Shown here in pieces: positions 60,302-64,000 of a stretch of 64,000 bases of DNA (the stretch's first letter is position 1; every line of letters begins with the position of its first letter). Location: the NCBI GenBank assembly GCA_964016885.1, contig OZ024749.1, positions 37,882,001 to 37,946,000 of the forward strand, read 5' to 3'. The position numbers and the translations under genes were made by a program. The notes under the pieces are model-generated. The model worked only from the letters and a program-made list of their open reading frames with translations. It made no database searches and had not been told where the DNA came from. This DNA comes from Eledone cirrhosa (taxonomy: Eukaryota).

Positions 60302-60957
60302 ATTGATAATTATTAATAATGTTATATCGTGAAATAGCCATACTCGATAACGAGTATGTGTGTGTGTCAGTGTGTTGGTGCTATTGATATTGTTGTTGTG
60401 GTAGTGTTTGAGGTGACAGTGGTATTGATGTTAATGATGGTTTGGGATGTTGTAGTGGTGATGTTGGCAGTTATTAAGTCCAACTTTTGTCACTTTTTCA
60501 AAATTGTTGTGATTCAAATTTGGTTTTGTTTCTCGTGAAAAGAAACCCTTCAGTCGACAATAAACCAGTAGGTGTCTGCTAAGCAATCGTATCACGCTAT
60601 AGATTATGTGACCTTTATAGCCAAGTACAACTATAGAAAATACCCACCATCAATTCGCCATTTTTATGCTACCGGGAATTACCACTAGATGTCGCTATTG
60701 GACAATCCTATATGATTAGTGGGTTTAAGTGTTGGTGTGCTGCCCACTAACATTATATATATAGTGAGGAAAGCCAACAGGTGTCGCTAGTGAACATCCA
60801 TCTTCTCACCAGAAATCTCAGGTAATTATTTAGGTTATATTGTATTTAAACAATAACTCCACCAGGTGTCGCTTCTTAAATATTTCTCTAAACAAACAGT
60901 AGAAACCATAAAAACGAATCTACAGCAACGAAATTATTATCACTATCGCCATTATTG

Positions 60958-61010
<53 letters not shown>

Positions 61011-62267
61011 GTTATTATTGTTATTATTGTTATTATTATTATTATTATCATTATTCTATTATGAAAAGGATGTTATGATCAGTCATCAGATGTGTCGGTG
61101 GAGTTGTTGTTAATCAGCAAATCCTATAAATTAGGTGAAAATTTTCCAAATCTAAAACTTTCCAATTGAAAGTTCTACCATAATAACATGCTTCCCCGCC
61201 TACAGATATATCAATTAATGACGAAACATGGCACCATCTTGAAGAGTTTGATATCGTTAAGTAAAATATTCTCAGCTAATGACAGCGTCTTGTGGAGAAC
61301 AATACGAAGCAAAGCAACGCTAAAACCGCACGATGGCATCCGGTTAGAAGCTGATGCGACGGAAACATTCGCTTGGTGTTGCAACGAATTGCCAAATACA
61401 TATATAATTCCTATCTAATCTGTTTTTCCGATCATACTTGTAGCTTCTGCTGGCTTCGGACCTCATTATATTATATTGTATTATATTGTACTATATTATA
61501 TTATATTATATACAACTAATTCCGTACAAGTCTGCTTTAAATACTTTAAATATGGAAAGTAGCTTGACTAACTAATTAGCTACATCATGCTGCTAGTGGT
61601 GGTAGTGGAGTTAGAGCTGGTGGTAGTAGAGGTGGTAATGGTGGTAGTAGAGGTGGTGGTGTTAGTAGAGGTGGTGGTGGTGATGATGGTGGTAGTGGAG
61701 GTAGAGCTGGTGGTAGTAGAGGTGGTGTTAGTAGAGGTGGTGGTGGTGGTGGTGGTGGTAGTAGAGGTAGTAGAGGTGGTGATGGTAGAGGTGGTGGTAA
61801 TGGTGGTAATGGTGGTAGTGGTGGTGGTGGTGGTGGTTATATTCAGCTATATAAGTAGATACATACTAATGTGTGCAGGAGGAAGGATAAAATGGAAGTG
61901 AGGTGCAGGGAAAGTGTAATATTGGTTTTAAGCTATCATGGCGAGAATCTTCTGTATGATATAGCTAATTATCACATGAGATATTTCCTGTTAATTGAAA
62001 TACGATGACTTTAATAATGAAATTAGGATGTGTGTGCGTATGCATGTATATATATATATGTGTATATATGCATGTATATATATATATGTGTGTGTGTATA
62101 TATATATATATACACACACACACATATATATATATACATGCATATATACACATTCGGAATGTGGAATATGTACACATGCATATATACACATTCGGAATGT
62201 GTATGTGTATATATGTGTATATATGTATATATGTGCATATATGTGTATATATGTGTATATATGTGTA

Positions 62268-62350
<83 letters not shown>

Positions 62351-62367
62351 GCGTATATATATATATA

Positions 62368-62439
<72 letters not shown>

Positions 62440-62452
62440 TATATATATATAT

Positions 62453-62533
<81 letters not shown>

Positions 62534-62584
62534 CATATATACACATATATACACATATATACATATATACACATATATACACAT

Positions 62585-62618
<34 letters not shown>

Positions 62619-62619
<1 letters not shown>

Positions 62620-62824
62620 CAAGTGGAAGCCTAGTAAAATCGAAGCTTTAGCTGTGGCCAAGCTAACGACCTACAATTAGGAATGAGCAGTAAAGCACTC
62701 AATAAGGTAGGCCTTAGAGTAATAACATACGTTTAGACAGCTTGACAGATTGAAAATTGCGGCAGGTAAACCTAGCCACACAATACCAAAAACAACTGAC
62801 CTGGACATATCGAACGATATTTTG
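62619..62824. repeat. Dispersed repeat of about 205 bp, copy 1 (unclassified)
   Basis: High similarity to 63254-63485. Confidence 0.85.
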
Positions 62825-63198
62825 CAATACGTCCGATAGGTTTCTATGAACCCGAAATCTTCCATCCAGCTTACGTAATGTGTAAACCTGTGCTATTCCA
62901 TGATCGAACAGAGGATTCACGTCATCAACAGGAAATGTCGTTCTATGCCTCAAACCGGTGTGGAATGTAACGCTGAACTGCTATCGTTGTGTTTCACTGT
63001 TACGTGTTATTTCTAACAAGGGAAGTAACCCCCGGTTTTTAGCGGGTAAATTCAAAGTGTGAACAAAGAAAATCAATTCCGTTCCACATTCCGAATGAAA
63101 AGCTCTCGACTAGACGTTATTAAACAAACATAAATGATTAACCAATCAATGGAATTATCTAATTAAATCAATTAGTCAATAATTAAGTCTAGGAGATA

Positions 63199-63250
63199 AT
63201 AATTGTTTCTACGTTTGGCACAAGGCCAGCAATTTATTTTATCGACCCCG
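63199..63250 (-). mobile_element. SINE remnant
   Basis: AATTGTTTCTAC..GGCCAGCAATTTATTTTATCGACCCCG. Confidence 0.7.
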
Positions 63251-63253
63251 TTA

Positions 63254-63485
63254 ATACAAGTGGATGCTTAGTAAAATCGAAGCTTTGGTTGTGGCCAAGC
63301 TAACGACCTAAAATTAGGAATGAGTAGCAAAGCACTCAATAAGGTAGGTCTTAGAGTAATAACATACGTTTAGACAGCTTGACAGATTGAAAATTGCGGT
63401 AGGTAAACCTAGCCACACAATACCAAAAACAACGAAAAAACTAATCAGGTTAGACAACTGATCTGGACATATCGAACGATATTTT
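63254..63485. repeat. Dispersed repeat, copy 2 (about 25 nt longer)
   Basis: Matches 62619-62824. Confidence 0.85.
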
Positions 63486-63585
63486 ATATACACATATACA
63501 TACATACACGTAAACATCCACATATATACTCCTTCCTAAACACATACACATATATATGCACACACACACACACACACACACACAC

Positions 63586-63669
<84 letters not shown>

Positions 63670-64000
63670 GTGTGTGTGTGTGTGGGTGTGGGCATACAAC
63701 TAGTATACCATTTACTACTCTATGATTCAATGTGTGGGCAATTCAGATAATCGAAAAACTGGAATATTTATCTCGTTGAAACTCATTAGTGTTTGATACA
63801 GTGCTGGGTTAACTTGAAGGAAAGGGGCGTCGCTTAATAATTAGAGGGTTCGACTCACAACCATAACCAAGGTTCTATTGCACGTCGGGCTGAGGGGGGG
63901 GCCAAACTCTCCAAATACCGGTCGCTCTCCGACAGGTTTGCGGTCGAACCCTTGGCAGTGGAGACTACTGGTGTCCTCGGCCCTAGGGCAACCTCCCTAC

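Overview
Animal (non-prokaryotic) genomic DNA, dominated by microsatellites ((TA)n, (CA)n, (GA)n, (TAA)n, (CATA)n, ACA/GGT-derived repeats). The tRNA-headed SINE family and this repeat landscape suggest an octopod cephalopod (inference). I cannot recognise any intact protein-coding gene, and almost all ORF-track entries are microsatellite translations. Supportable features are about 15 SINE copies, fragments of R4/Dong, RTE-type and APE-type LINEs, a decayed DD37D (maT-type) Tc1/mariner element, a non-autonomous Helitron and several minisatellites. The most interesting signal is a set of 100-450 bp non-coding inserts sitting inside (TA)n tracts. Four carry complete hammerhead-ribozyme cores (26348+, 38588-, 57677+, 59894-) and several more carry degenerate ones. 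Up to seven apparently unrelated insert families share one architecture: a long arm and a short inverted arm, with the junction in or next to hammerhead stem II. This resembles Penelope-like retroelement (PLE) termini. The clustering of fold-back points at the ribozyme, and copy-specific variants mirrored in both arms, point to a ribozyme-associated snap-back insertion mechanism worth testing. All RNA structures were paired by eye.
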